This document shows, one piece after another, positions 19,201 to 27,242 of a DNA stretch of 43,421 nt (position 1 is its first letter; every line of letters begins with the position of its first letter). This DNA comes from a virus: IMG/VR virus record IMGVR_UViG_3300045988_024923, positions 1 through 43,421 of that record, one strand, 5' to 3'. The position numbers and the translations under genes are program-made. Below the pieces are notes generated by a model, which was not told where the DNA came from, searched no databases, and saw nothing but the letters and a program-made list of their open reading frames with translations.

Positions 19201-22200
19201 TGACCCGGTGACCCGCATATTATTGGATCATGTCGCGAAGCATCAGCGTACCACGATGGAGAACGCAGACCCGTTGCGACTGTATGATGAATTCAATGCA
19301 ACTATCTATGGACATATTGCAACGGGGCAAACGGAAATGTTTACAGATGGAATTGGCATCCATGTGTTTCATGACTTTGCGGCGTATGCCAAAGAACTGA
19401 ACGAACTGCATGAGCGGTTTAAGGCTGACAACCAGAAAAAGGCGAAAGAAAAAACCAGATATGCCCTGAAAGACTACAGCGATGCGGAACAGCGGGACCA
19501 CCGGAAAAAGGCAATCGCCTATTTTGGCAAGACCTACAACTGGAATGAAACCGGCTACCTCACCCCGGCAGGGACAAAGCTGGACTTCTCCGGGCGGCAC
19601 GAGGGCGGCCCCGGCGGATACCGGACAGTAGACCACCGGGACATCCGGGACGCCATCAGCGAGGATTACGGCGGGGATGATTATTCCGGCTCCATGGTGC
19701 AGTTCATGAGCGAGGGCAATATCCGCATTTCACCGGAAAGCGGCGGTATCAACCTTTCCGTGGAACCCACAAAATCCCAGATGGATGCACTGTCGGACTT
19801 TATCGGTAAAAACCGGGGCGAAGTCATTCTTGATCTGGACACCCCAGATGGGCAGACGGTTTCCAGCACGGAGTATCCCAGGGGGACCCATTCCAGCAAG
19901 GTGCTGAATGACATCAAAGCATATTTCAAAGATGGCACGAAGCCCCATGTTTCGGAATTGGCGCAGTTCCTATCGTTGAAAGGCACGGAAAACGCGCAGG
20001 AGATCGCGGCGCTGAAACGGGAAAACGAGAGCCTGAAAGAGCGGGTTGAGTATTGGAAGGGCCAGACCAGACGGTCTCAGGGCGTAACCACCGACCGGAA
20101 ATCCGTTCAGAAGGCGGCGGACGCACTGGTAAAGAACTACGGCGCGGAGATCAGCGGCAGCGACATTGCCGGAGACCTGCAAAGCCTGTATGACTACATT
20201 GCCAGCGGCAAGGATGGCAGGGACGAGCTGACCTATGCAGAGGCGCGGAGACGGTCTGATGCCATTGCGGAGCGGATCGCAGAAAGCGCCGTGGAGGTGG
20301 ATGACCGGGCATACAAGGAATACGCTGGTCTGCGAAAGTATCTGAAAGACACCAAGCTGACGCTGACGGAAGCGGATGCCGCCGAGATCACGGACTTCAA
20401 CGAGTTCCGCAAGAGCTTGTTCGGCAAGCTGAAAATCAGCAAGGGCGAACACACCAATGTTGATCAGATTTATTCCGAACTGTCCAGCCAGTACCCGGAG
20501 TTTTTCAACGAAGCGCAGGAGACCAACATTTCCGACCAGGTGCAGCGAATCGCGGACGTGGCGAACCGGCTGTACAAGGTGACGGAGTACAACCCCTTTG
20601 AAGGCTACATGGGACAGGCCGTGGCGTCTATCTCCAATGACATTATGGACCGGTTCTTTGACCTGCCTCAGGCGAAAAAGACCTTTGCGGACCGGGCAGC
20701 GGAGCAGGTGCAGGATGCCAGATTTCAGGGCAGACAGGCGGCAAATGACGCTTTTCTGGCAGGACAGATGGCACAGGGAAAGCAGGACGCAAAGCGGCTG
20801 CGGAGCACCGCACAGGCACTGTCGAAGGAACGTACCCGGCGGGCGGAGCAGGTGCAGACCCTGAAAGAGCGCTACCGGGAAAAGGACGTGACCCGGCGGG
20901 ACAGCCAGAAGCGGCGGGAGCTGCGGGCAAAGATCACTCGCCATGCCAGCGCATTGTCTCAAAAGCTGCTGCGGCCCACAGACACCCAGCATATTCCGGA
21001 GAAAATGCGCTCCGCCGTGGCAAAGGTGCTGGAAAGCATCAATCAGGAAAGCAGCCCCAATGCACGATCGTTTACACTGGATCCGGTGACGAAGGAGCGG
21101 ATTTACAGGGAAAAGGGCACACCCACCAACCGGACGGCGGCGTTTCAGAATCTGAAAGAGCAGTACCAGCAAATCGCCAAAGAAGGCGATATGGTAGTAG
21201 ACCCGTCTTTGCTGGGTGACGAGGACGTGCCCGGTGGATTCAGCGAGGTTATCAAGATGGGGGACACCCGCCTTGCAGACCTGACCACAGAGCAGCTGCA
21301 AACCATGTGGAACGTGCTGAAATCTGTGGAGCATTCCGTGACTACGGCAGGCAAGACGCTGGCGTCGGAGAAATTCGCGACCACCAAGCAGTTTGCCGAT
21401 GCGCTCCGCATGGACGGCATGACCCGGCGGCGAAAGTTGGGGAACAACGTGGCAATCAGCCTGGAAACGCCCTATACGTTCTTTGCCCACTTCGGGCAGA
21501 CCGGCAAGGACATTTACCGGATGCTGCGGAACGCTCAGGATCAACAGGAGATCATGGCGCGGGATGTGGCAGAAAAGGTGCAGAAGGTCTTGGGCGATAC
21601 CGAGAAAAAAGGCCTGCGGAGCAACGCCGTAACTGCCATGAACGAGGAAACCCACCATTTCACCACGGCGGAGGGCCAGGAACTGACGCTGACCACAGCA
21701 CAAGCTATGGATCTTTATCTGCTGAGTGAACGGAAACAGGCGGAGGATCATCTGCTGAAAGGCGGCATCGTGCAGCCGGAGATCAAGATCCCAGGCAAGG
21801 CCAAAATCCCCAGAGGAACGGACGTGATCCATCTTTCCGCAGAGGATATCCAGTCCATTGTGAAGGCTTTGACTCCGGAGCAGATCAGGATCGCGGATGG
21901 CTTGCAGAAGCTGACCACCGGCACGCTTGCCAACTACGGCAACGAGGCCAGCATGAAAGCCTACGGCTATAAGAAATTCACGGAGCAGGACTACTGGCCC
22001 ATTAAATCTGCAAAGGAAGTACTGCACAGCTCCCCGGAAAAGGATAGCGGGAATGTGCGCTCCATTAAGAATATCGGCATGGCGCAGGCGGTAAACCCCA
22101 AAGCGTCTAACGCATTGGAAGTCCGGAGTGTGTTCAGCACATTTTCAGACCATGCCTCCGATATGATCGACTACGCGGCGTGGCTGTGCCCCATGGAGGA

Positions 22201-24286
22201 CGCGAACCGGCTGTTTAACTACGAGTTTGAGGACGGTGAGGGAAACAAAACTGGTGCGACAGTCAAGGGCTTTTTGGATGAAAAAGGCGGGGAAGGCTCT
22301 CAAGATTACTGGCAAAAGCTGATGGGTGACATTCAGAACGGCATTAATGAAAAGAATTTTGAGCCATTCAGCAAAGTGATTGTAAAGAAAGCCTTTTCCA
22401 ATTACAAAGCATCCAGAGTACTGTTCAATTTGAGAGTAGCCGGTCAGCAGCCGTTCGCATGGTTCCGGGCAAGAGATGTCTTAAATCATGTTGATATGGT
22501 AAAAGGCTTGACCAGCGGCGTAACGAAGGGCAGCGGATGGGAAAAGGCTGTGAAGTATTCCCCCATTGCCATGCGGAAGGACACGGGCAGTTTCGACGTT
22601 ACCTCCCCGTACACCCTGAATGACCGCTTTTACGGGAAAGAGGGCTTTATCAACAAGGTGAATGAAGCGGGCGGCATACTTGCCGAGGCGGCGGACGCTT
22701 TCACATGGGGAAAACTGTGGAACGCCTGCGAGTGGCAGGTGAAGCGGGAGAGGCCCAATCTGCGGGCTGGCAGCGGCGAATTTTACAGCGCAGTCAATGA
22801 AGTGTTCACCAACATGATCGACCAGACGCAGGTGGTAGACGGCATTTTGCAGCGCTCCAATATCATGCGCTCCTCAGACAGACTTGACAAACTGGCAACT
22901 TCCTTCATGGGTGAACCCATTATGAGCCTGAATGTGTTTATGCGAAAATGGGATGCCCTGCGGTATGAGGAAGACCCTGTTAAGCGTAAAGCGGCCATGA
23001 AGGCGTTGAGCCGATCACTTGCGGTTCTGATTTCATCAGAGGTCGCGACAGCGGTCGTACAGAGCCTTTCAGACGCAAAGCGGGATGACGATGATGACAA
23101 GGACTACTGGGAAAAGTTCATAGAAGCAATGACCGGTATTACCGGGGATGAAGAAACCATGACAGAAATCCTGAAAAATGTTGTCTTCGAGGGGAACGTT
23201 GGGCAGAACCTAAATCCGATCAATAAACTCCCCTATTTGAAAGACATCAACTCCATGTGGCAGGGATATAAGGTTGTTCGGATGGATTTAGGCGTGTACC
23301 AGGACAATGTAAAAGCAAGCAAAGCGTTTATAGAATCTCTTAACGGGCAAGGTGTAAAAACTCGGCAAGATGCGCTAACTACGGCGCTTGGAGCCGCAGG
23401 GGAATTTTGGGGAATCGCCGGTTCCAACCTCAAACGGGAAATCTACTCCGCAATCGACACCATCTTTCAGGCGACCGGGAATGTGGCGCTGCAATATGAG
23501 TGGGACAAACTGACGTACAACATCTACAGCACGTCCAACAAAGACCGTTACATGGGACTGGCGTTCAAGGCGCTGGAACAGGGCGACTTGACCACTTATG
23601 AGCACATCCGCAAGGAACTGAAGGACTACATGGCAGTGGACAGCACCAGCGTGGACAGCGGGATGCGAAGCCGTCTTGAAAAGAAGCAGGAAAAGGACGG
23701 GGATTACCGTCTACCCCAGAACGCCGCAAGCCTAATTGGGGCAAAAGACAGCTACGATGACAGCGAGGGCGAGGACAAATTCACGGAAAACGATCTCAGC
23801 TCCGATGACTACATCGCATACAGCCGGAGAAAGTCCGAGCTTTACAGTTCCGTGGAATCCGGGCTGAAAGACAGCCAGACGTTCCAAAAGTTCACCGGGG
23901 AGCAGAAGGACAAGGCCCTGTCCAGCGCGGAGACCTACGCAAAAAAGACGGCGCTGCATGAGGTGGACAACACCTATGAAATTACCGACAAATGGATCTT
24001 GAAAGCGCAGGAGGCGCAGAAGAAGTATGGCATTGACCCGGCTGTCTATGTGGCGCTGAAAACGCAGGTTTCCGAGATTGAAAGCGTCAAGGATAGGAAC
24101 GGGGAGACCATTCCCAACAGCAAGGGGCTGCTTATCATGCAGGCGGTTTACAACACGCCGGGGCTGCATGAGAACCAGCGGAACGCACTGTTTGAGTATC
24201 TGGGGGTAGGCAAAAGCATCCGGCATTACAACAAGGCGCTTGTGAACGAGAAAGTCCGAAAGAACGCCCAGCTGGCCGGGAAATAA
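16202..24286 (+). CDS. Giant polyvalent virion protein (2694 aa) with two zincin-like HExxH motifs
   Basis: RBS AAGGAGG. HEWTH at 18287-18301 and HEVTH at 19115-19129. N-terminal peptide KPVFRKVTTA is duplicated. Long coiled-coil stretches. Confidence 0.7.
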   Translation: MATKPVFRKVTTAAESQKKNKEERANTARSSDKPVFRKVTTAWGGDLSDVKAPTQTQKPTVRGPARSNSTTPSRKQWKATNGGRKSTTDAGKNKPSAQKKSFFEIATQNKTPGRVAENAQPRQTSYAGQLGQVSRNAAAPNSRYDAGNLRTAQKQEVAAPSIGNARKLDEPTFMERIGKTVTGGAKSSAAAYTNVRGYIQEGTHMARDVDVSGWNRDLNRYQYELRNADNDADRAYWQSEIDRVRRNIQNAGKATAESNASAQKNYRLADEIAANAEKDLTRAKQGAGAVGRLLVDAGASMTQSALDAIPNLITGGATGMVPFAARAFGGAAQQARQDGATWGQQGLYGAASAAKEVFTEKMFNIALPFAKAYGGGALDDVVERGIRSAVDKFAKTEVGKKALGSALTFGAGAVGEGLEEFIGDWMEWQLPRIYGGDVATAQETLSDSLYDFLVGATSGAMGGLVSPNTYRYDLGNTQTAQRGVQERTDVQEGTRTTTVQTNAQTQQENAQMAIQEAVQRQTASNPVSAEEQVLRQREAAVQKTFTGIADKLGDSGRKAFQTAYQGTDRGDYAGEFLRAYHAGMTNQKNPNSTSAVSFAAYAAGQNDAAASLAREKRAAQFAKTAGTDSGLVFDDYVSREMDSAVADEVNTVAKALGVRVQMKDQVLGGQANGQITGSDVLIAKDAVDPALQVVGHEWTHRVQELAPEQYRAFRDAVTSMPDVQEATNILLDQYNRAGVETSYEQALDEATANYAGEMIANSDVLDDFIQKHSADRTLLQKLRDTIHEIVGKLTGRAKRQAQTVEGKLQAAFEAASKQAESLQNQQTDGRMQETRYAVKEGMDDGRENEIGSRTDTGSRKEYGQSLDREGKGQTGRVRGEFSASAGRYGGVNPSFGAKPVRTWAERNTVEPSKGSVAYEEQQAAVNYGVPSFVVADAAWAKNKGNTPAFSSGGQIFFRETLPEQNRGMITPHEVTHVMKQVGYKPYLDFVERTPEMLNMSDPVTRILLDHVAKHQRTTMENADPLRLYDEFNATIYGHIATGQTEMFTDGIGIHVFHDFAAYAKELNELHERFKADNQKKAKEKTRYALKDYSDAEQRDHRKKAIAYFGKTYNWNETGYLTPAGTKLDFSGRHEGGPGGYRTVDHRDIRDAISEDYGGDDYSGSMVQFMSEGNIRISPESGGINLSVEPTKSQMDALSDFIGKNRGEVILDLDTPDGQTVSSTEYPRGTHSSKVLNDIKAYFKDGTKPHVSELAQFLSLKGTENAQEIAALKRENESLKERVEYWKGQTRRSQGVTTDRKSVQKAADALVKNYGAEISGSDIAGDLQSLYDYIASGKDGRDELTYAEARRRSDAIAERIAESAVEVDDRAYKEYAGLRKYLKDTKLTLTEADAAEITDFNEFRKSLFGKLKISKGEHTNVDQIYSELSSQYPEFFNEAQETNISDQVQRIADVANRLYKVTEYNPFEGYMGQAVASISNDIMDRFFDLPQAKKTFADRAAEQVQDARFQGRQAANDAFLAGQMAQGKQDAKRLRSTAQALSKERTRRAEQVQTLKERYREKDVTRRDSQKRRELRAKITRHASALSQKLLRPTDTQHIPEKMRSAVAKVLESINQESSPNARSFTLDPVTKERIYREKGTPTNRTAAFQNLKEQYQQIAKEGDMVVDPSLLGDEDVPGGFSEVIKMGDTRLADLTTEQLQTMWNVLKSVEHSVTTAGKTLASEKFATTKQFADALRMDGMTRRRKLGNNVAISLETPYTFFAHFGQTGKDIYRMLRNAQDQQEIMARDVAEKVQKVLGDTEKKGLRSNAVTAMNEETHHFTTAEGQELTLTTAQAMDLYLLSERKQAEDHLLKGGIVQPEIKIPGKAKIPRGTDVIHLSAEDIQSIVKALTPEQIRIADGLQKLTTGTLANYGNEASMKAYGYKKFTEQDYWPIKSAKEVLHSSPEKDSGNVRSIKNIGMAQAVNPKASNALEVRSVFSTFSDHASDMIDYAAWLCPMEDANRLFNYEFEDGEGNKTGATVKGFLDEKGGEGSQDYWQKLMGDIQNGINEKNFEPFSKVIVKKAFSNYKASRVLFNLRVAGQQPFAWFRARDVLNHVDMVKGLTSGVTKGSGWEKAVKYSPIAMRKDTGSFDVTSPYTLNDRFYGKEGFINKVNEAGGILAEAADAFTWGKLWNACEWQVKRERPNLRAGSGEFYSAVNEVFTNMIDQTQVVDGILQRSNIMRSSDRLDKLATSFMGEPIMSLNVFMRKWDALRYEEDPVKRKAAMKALSRSLAVLISSEVATAVVQSLSDAKRDDDDDKDYWEKFIEAMTGITGDEETMTEILKNVVFEGNVGQNLNPINKLPYLKDINSMWQGYKVVRMDLGVYQDNVKASKAFIESLNGQGVKTRQDALTTALGAAGEFWGIAGSNLKREIYSAIDTIFQATGNVALQYEWDKLTYNIYSTSNKDRYMGLAFKALEQGDLTTYEHIRKELKDYMAVDSTSVDSGMRSRLEKKQEKDGDYRLPQNAASLIGAKDSYDDSEGEDKFTENDLSSDDYIAYSRRKSELYSSVESGLKDSQTFQKFTGEQKDKALSSAETYAKKTALHEVDNTYEITDKWILKAQEAQKKYGIDPAVYVALKTQVSEIESVKDRNGETIPNSKGLLIMQAVYNTPGLHENQRNALFEYLGVGKSIRHYNKALVNEKVRKNAQLAGK

Positions 24287-24317
24287 CGAAAGGAGATGTG
24301 AGGCGGCGGCAACGCCC

Positions 24318-24331
24318 ACGGGATATCCCGT
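24318..24331. promoter_or_regulatory. Perfect 14-bp palindrome ACGGGATATCCCGT
   Basis: Seen directly, 23 nt upstream of the sigma-like gene. Confidence 0.3.
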
Positions 24332-24353
24332 TCTGCAAGCTGAAACTGCGAGC

Positions 24354-24593
24354 ATGAACAGTGAGCATAAGGCGTTGCGGGCCATGCTATCCGGCATGGC
24401 CCCCAAGCGGGCGGAGGCGTATATCCAATCCTTTGAACTGCCGACAGACGAGGAATACTGCCTTGTTCAGATCGACGTCCGGCGGCAGTCCTACACGCAG
24501 GTTTCCGGGCAGATGAACGTATCTCCGGAGTACATCAAAAAATGCAGACGGCGGGCCTACTCCAAGATTTTGGACGGCGTTAAGCATTCATAA
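24354..24593 (+). CDS. Small sigma-70 region-4-like HTH regulator
   Basis: 79 aa. The pattern SYTQVSGQMNVSPEYIKKCRRRAYSKI resembles region 4 of sigma and ECF proteins. Confidence 0.5.
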   Translation: MNSEHKALRAMLSGMAPKRAEAYIQSFELPTDEEYCLVQIDVRRQSYTQVSGQMNVSPEYIKKCRRRAYSKILDGVKHS

Positions 24594-24595
24594 GG

Positions 24596-24647
24596 AAGAA
24601 CCCAAACAAATACCTTTAGCAGGCCGTTTGTTTGGGTTCTTTTTTTG
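24596..24647 (+). terminator. Strong rho-independent terminator ending the late operon
   Basis: 15-bp perfect stem AAGAACCCAAACAAA/TTTGTTTGGGTTCTT followed by a T run. Confidence 0.9.
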
Positions 24648-24677
24648 TACCATAAAGGCAGAAAAAGGAGGTGCGCT

Positions 24678-25061
24678 ATGAATTATTTTGCGAATCCCTA
24701 TCAGGGGTACGGAAGCCCCTACGGATACCCATCTGCGGCCCCGCAGGGTGCCGCAGGAGCGCTCCAAGCGTTTGGCGGACAAGTTACCCGGGTCAACGGG
24801 CGGAACGGCGCTGACGCCTTCCGGATGGCCCCCAACAGTTCCATCCTACTGATGGACGAGAATGACCCCATTGTGTGGCTCAAGCAGACGGACGGGGCAG
24901 GCTACGCCACGGTGACACCCTACACAGTGACGCCGTATCAGGCAGCGGCCCCGGTGGATGTGGCCGGACTGGAAACCCGTGTGAAAAGATTGGAGGAGAT
25001 GCTTAGTGGCAAACCCGATGATGCAGATGCTCCGGGGAAGCGGAAGCAGAATGCCGAATAA
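24678..25061 (+). CDS. Hypothetical protein (accessory cassette gene 1)
   Basis: RBS AAAGGAGGTG. 127 aa with a Tyr/Gly/Pro-rich N-terminus. Confidence 0.6.
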   Translation: MNYFANPYQGYGSPYGYPSAAPQGAAGALQAFGGQVTRVNGRNGADAFRMAPNSSILLMDENDPIVWLKQTDGAGYATVTPYTVTPYQAAAPVDVAGLETRVKRLEEMLSGKPDDADAPGKRKQNAE

Positions 25062-25227
25062 TCCCATCGCCATGATGGCGGAGTTCCGGAAGTTCGCGGC
25101 TAACATGACGCCCCAGCGGGCACAGCAGCAGGTTGAAAAGCTGCTGGCAGACGGGACCATGTCTCAGGATCAGTTCCAGCAGCTCCAACAGCAGGCCAAG
25201 GACTTCCTGGCATTTCTTGGTAAATAG
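25006..25227 (+). CDS. Small Gln-rich protein (accessory cassette gene 2)
   Basis: GTG 25006 lies 7 nt after GGAGGAG. An alternative ATG at 25051 would give 58 aa. Confidence 0.5.
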   Translation: MANPMMQMLRGSGSRMPNNPIAMMAEFRKFAANMTPQRAQQQVEKLLADGTMSQDQFQQLQQQAKDFLAFLGK

Positions 25228-25272
25228 GCCGGTGCGCAACGGCTTGTTTTAAATTTCGAAAGGAGATCAGAT

Positions 25273-25884
25273 ATGGATAACTATACTTTGAGCGATCTCG
25301 CAGCCGTCACCCGTGACAATGACGGCGCAGGCACCAGCGGCGCATGGTGGATCATCATCCTGTTCCTGTTTGTCCTCATGAGCGGTGGCGGCGGCTTCGG
25401 CTTCGGCGCCCGGCAGGGCGAGCTGGGCCAGTACGCCACGGCGGCCAGCCAGCAGGACATCCTGTTCGGCCAGCACTTCGGCCGGATCGATGACCGCTTG
25501 ACCAACATCGGTAATGGCATCTGCAATCTCGGCTACGAGATGCAGGGCAGCCTGGGTCAACTGGGCAAGGAGATGGCCCTGGCCCAGAACGGCACCAACA
25601 TGGCCATCATGCAGAGCACCAACGGCATCCAGGCTCAGATGGCGGAGTGCTGCTGCACCACCCAGCGGGCGCTGGACGGCATCAACGCCAACATTGACGC
25701 CAAGTTTGCGGCCATGGAAAAGAGCCAGCTTGAGAGCCGGATCGCGCAGTTGGAGCAGGCCAACAGCCAGCTCTACATGCGTGAGCAGCTGTGCGGCGTA
25801 GTGCGGTATCCCACTGGCTACACCTACAACGCTGGCCCCTCTCCCTTCTGCGGCTGCAACAACGGCTGCGGCGGCAACATCTAA
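25273..25884 (+). CDS. Membrane protein with Gly-rich TM segment, coiled coil and Cys clusters (accessory cassette gene 3)
   Basis: RBS AAAGGAG. TM segment AWWIIILFLFVLMSGGGGFGFG. Cys clusters CCC and CGCNNGCGG. Confidence 0.65.
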   Translation: MDNYTLSDLAAVTRDNDGAGTSGAWWIIILFLFVLMSGGGGFGFGARQGELGQYATAASQQDILFGQHFGRIDDRLTNIGNGICNLGYEMQGSLGQLGKEMALAQNGTNMAIMQSTNGIQAQMAECCCTTQRALDGINANIDAKFAAMEKSQLESRIAQLEQANSQLYMREQLCGVVRYPTGYTYNAGPSPFCGCNNGCGGNI

Positions 25885-25933
25885 GCAGCTATTTCCGATC
25901 CGGAAATAGTTCAGGCCCTTCTGGCCGGGTTAC

Positions 25934-25965
25934 GGGCGGGGCTGGTGCTCCGCCCATTTATTATT
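25934..25965 (+). terminator. Rho-independent terminator
   Basis: 9-bp stem GGGCGGGGC/GCTCCGCCC, loop TGGT, then ATTTATTATT. An additional hairpin lies at 25889-25909. Confidence 0.6.
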
Positions 25966-25979
25966 AGGAGGTTATTTAT

Positions 25980-26384
25980 ATGAGCTGCAAATCTTTAATC
26001 TACACTGCGATGCAGACCCCGACCGCCGTTGCGGTGAATGGCGTTATCCCCCTGGGAACCATCGCCCGGCGCTACGGATGCAACTGCAATCTGAACGGAA
26101 ACGGGATCGCCATCAACGGGCAGGGCTACTACGATGTGGACGTGTCTGTTGAAGCCGTACCCGGCGCCGCCGGAACGGTGACGGTTCAGCTTTTGAAGGA
26201 CGGAGTTGCTGTCCCCGGCGCGACTGCTGCCGCTACGGTGGCGGCGGCTGCTGACGTGGTGACGTTGGCATTCCCTGCGACCGTCCGGCTTGGCTGCTGC
26301 TCCACCGGCTCCGTGCTGACCCTGCTGCTGACCGGCGCGGCTTCCACTGTCAACAACGTTGCCACACGGGTTGAGAAGATTTGA
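25980..26384 (+). CDS. Small beta-rich protein, possibly BclA-C-terminal/C1q-TNF-like jelly roll (accessory cassette gene 4)
   Basis: RBS AGGAGG. The pattern NGQGYYDVDVSV...GTVTVQLLKDGVAVPG...VATRVEKI is recalled from exosporium and fibre-tip domains. No search was run. Confidence 0.45.
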   Translation: MSCKSLIYTAMQTPTAVAVNGVIPLGTIARRYGCNCNLNGNGIAINGQGYYDVDVSVEAVPGAAGTVTVQLLKDGVAVPGATAAATVAAAADVVTLAFPATVRLGCCSTGSVLTLLLTGAASTVNNVATRVEKI

Positions 26385-26392
26385 GGTGGACT

Positions 26393-26881
26393 ATGGGCAT
26401 GAACAAAGACCAGATCGCAGAGTATCTGGAAAAGCTGGAATGTGGGATCACTGAATATATGCGGATGCCAGCCAGCGAACGGTCCGCCTGCGCGATTCGT
26501 GGGATGCTGGAATGCTGGTCTGCGCTTGCCGCCATGAAAGACTGCACCCGCACGTCTGACGGTTTTACAGAACAGGATGCGACGGCGTGGGCTGCAATGC
26601 TTCGAAACGAGGACGGCACCACCGGCCCCCATTGGGGCGTTGACCAAACGACCGCTGTTGCGGAAAGTATGGGGATGACCTGGGAAAAGGTTTCCCGGCC
26701 CTGCTGGTGGATCACCATGAACATGATGTATTCCGACTATTCCGGCGTGGCGGAGAAATACGGCGTGTCCATTGCAGAGTTCTATGCAGATATGGCAAGG
26801 GCATTTCTGATGGACAAGGACGGCCCGGGAGCAAAGGAAAAGCTGGGCGCGTATTATCACGGGATCGTAAACCCCAAGTAA
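26393..26881 (+). CDS. Hypothetical protein (accessory cassette gene 5)
   Basis: RBS GAGGTGG. 162 aa with the conserved-looking motif NEDGTTGPHW. Confidence 0.55.
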   Translation: MGMNKDQIAEYLEKLECGITEYMRMPASERSACAIRGMLECWSALAAMKDCTRTSDGFTEQDATAWAAMLRNEDGTTGPHWGVDQTTAVAESMGMTWEKVSRPCWWITMNMMYSDYSGVAEKYGVSIAEFYADMARAFLMDKDGPGAKEKLGAYYHGIVNPK

Positions 26882-26902
26882 ATTACAGATGAATTACAGA
26901 TG
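26881..26902 (+). repeat. Two tandem copies of AATTACAGATG (putative integrase arm-type sites)
   Basis: Direct observation. The same 11-mer recurs inverted at 27029-27064 and 27252-27274. Confidence 0.6.
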
Positions 26903-26994
26903 AAAAACTGCGAAATGCTGTAATTGCAATAGTTTTAAGAAAAAACACAGGGGTTCGACATAGCGCCATGCGGAAATTGAAAGCGTTTTAAAAA

Positions 26995-27027
26995 CGTCCC
27001 CTGCCTGTATAGGCGGGGGACGCTTTA
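26995..27027 (+). terminator. Rho-independent-like terminator after the accessory cassette
   Basis: 11-bp stem 26995-27005/27012-27022 (one G-U pair), then CTTTATC. Confidence 0.5.
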
Positions 27028-27028
27028 T

Positions 27029-27064
27029 CATCTGTAAATTTCATCTGTAATTTCATCTGTAATT
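27029..27064 (-). repeat. Three tandem 12-nt repeats containing CATCTGTAA(A)TT (putative arm-type sites, inverted orientation)
   Basis: Direct observation. Confidence 0.6.
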
Positions 27065-27137
27065 TGATTGTAAAAATGCGCTTTTTCATGTAAAAAAACG
27101 TCAAACCTTGCTGCTTTTAAAATGGCTGGACCCGTTG

Positions 27138-27176
27138 AAATATAAAGAAAACCCCGCAATCACAAGGATTGCGGGG
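27138..27176 (-). terminator. Terminator immediately downstream of the tRNA 3' fragment (minus strand)
   Basis: Stem CCCCGCAATC/GATTGCGGGG followed on the minus strand by TTTTCTTTATATTT. Confidence 0.7.
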
Positions 27177-27177
27177 T

Positions 27178-27205
27178 TGGTCCGAGTGGCGGGAGTCGAA
27201 CCCGC
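27178..27205 (-). other. attP core candidate: 3' end of a tRNA gene (T-arm, acceptor 3' strand, A, CCA)
   Basis: The minus strand reads GCGGG TTCGACT CCCGC CACTCGG A CCA. It lies 38 nt from the integrase stop. Confidence 0.7.
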
Positions 27206-27242
27206 TTAAAAAATCGCTACGGGCATTGAAAATACTCATTTC

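Noticed and set aside
15029-22027. Three very long minus-strand ORFs (15029-16915, 16916-19129, 19970-22027) opposite the 618-aa and 2694-aa genes
   Set aside because: This is the same GC-bias artefact. They have no RBSs, are low-complexity and Arg/Leu/Pro-rich, and tile the antisense of a single long sense ORF.
26948-26965. GGGGTTCGACA resembling a tRNA T-loop near attP
   Set aside because: No complementary T-stem 3' strand or acceptor sequence follows. The convincing tRNA fragment is at 27178-27205 on the other strand.
27029-27064. Tandem 12-nt repeats as a mini-CRISPR array
   Set aside because: The units are contiguous with no spacers and only 12 nt long. They recur in inverted orientation around the attP core, so integrase arm sites are the better explanation.
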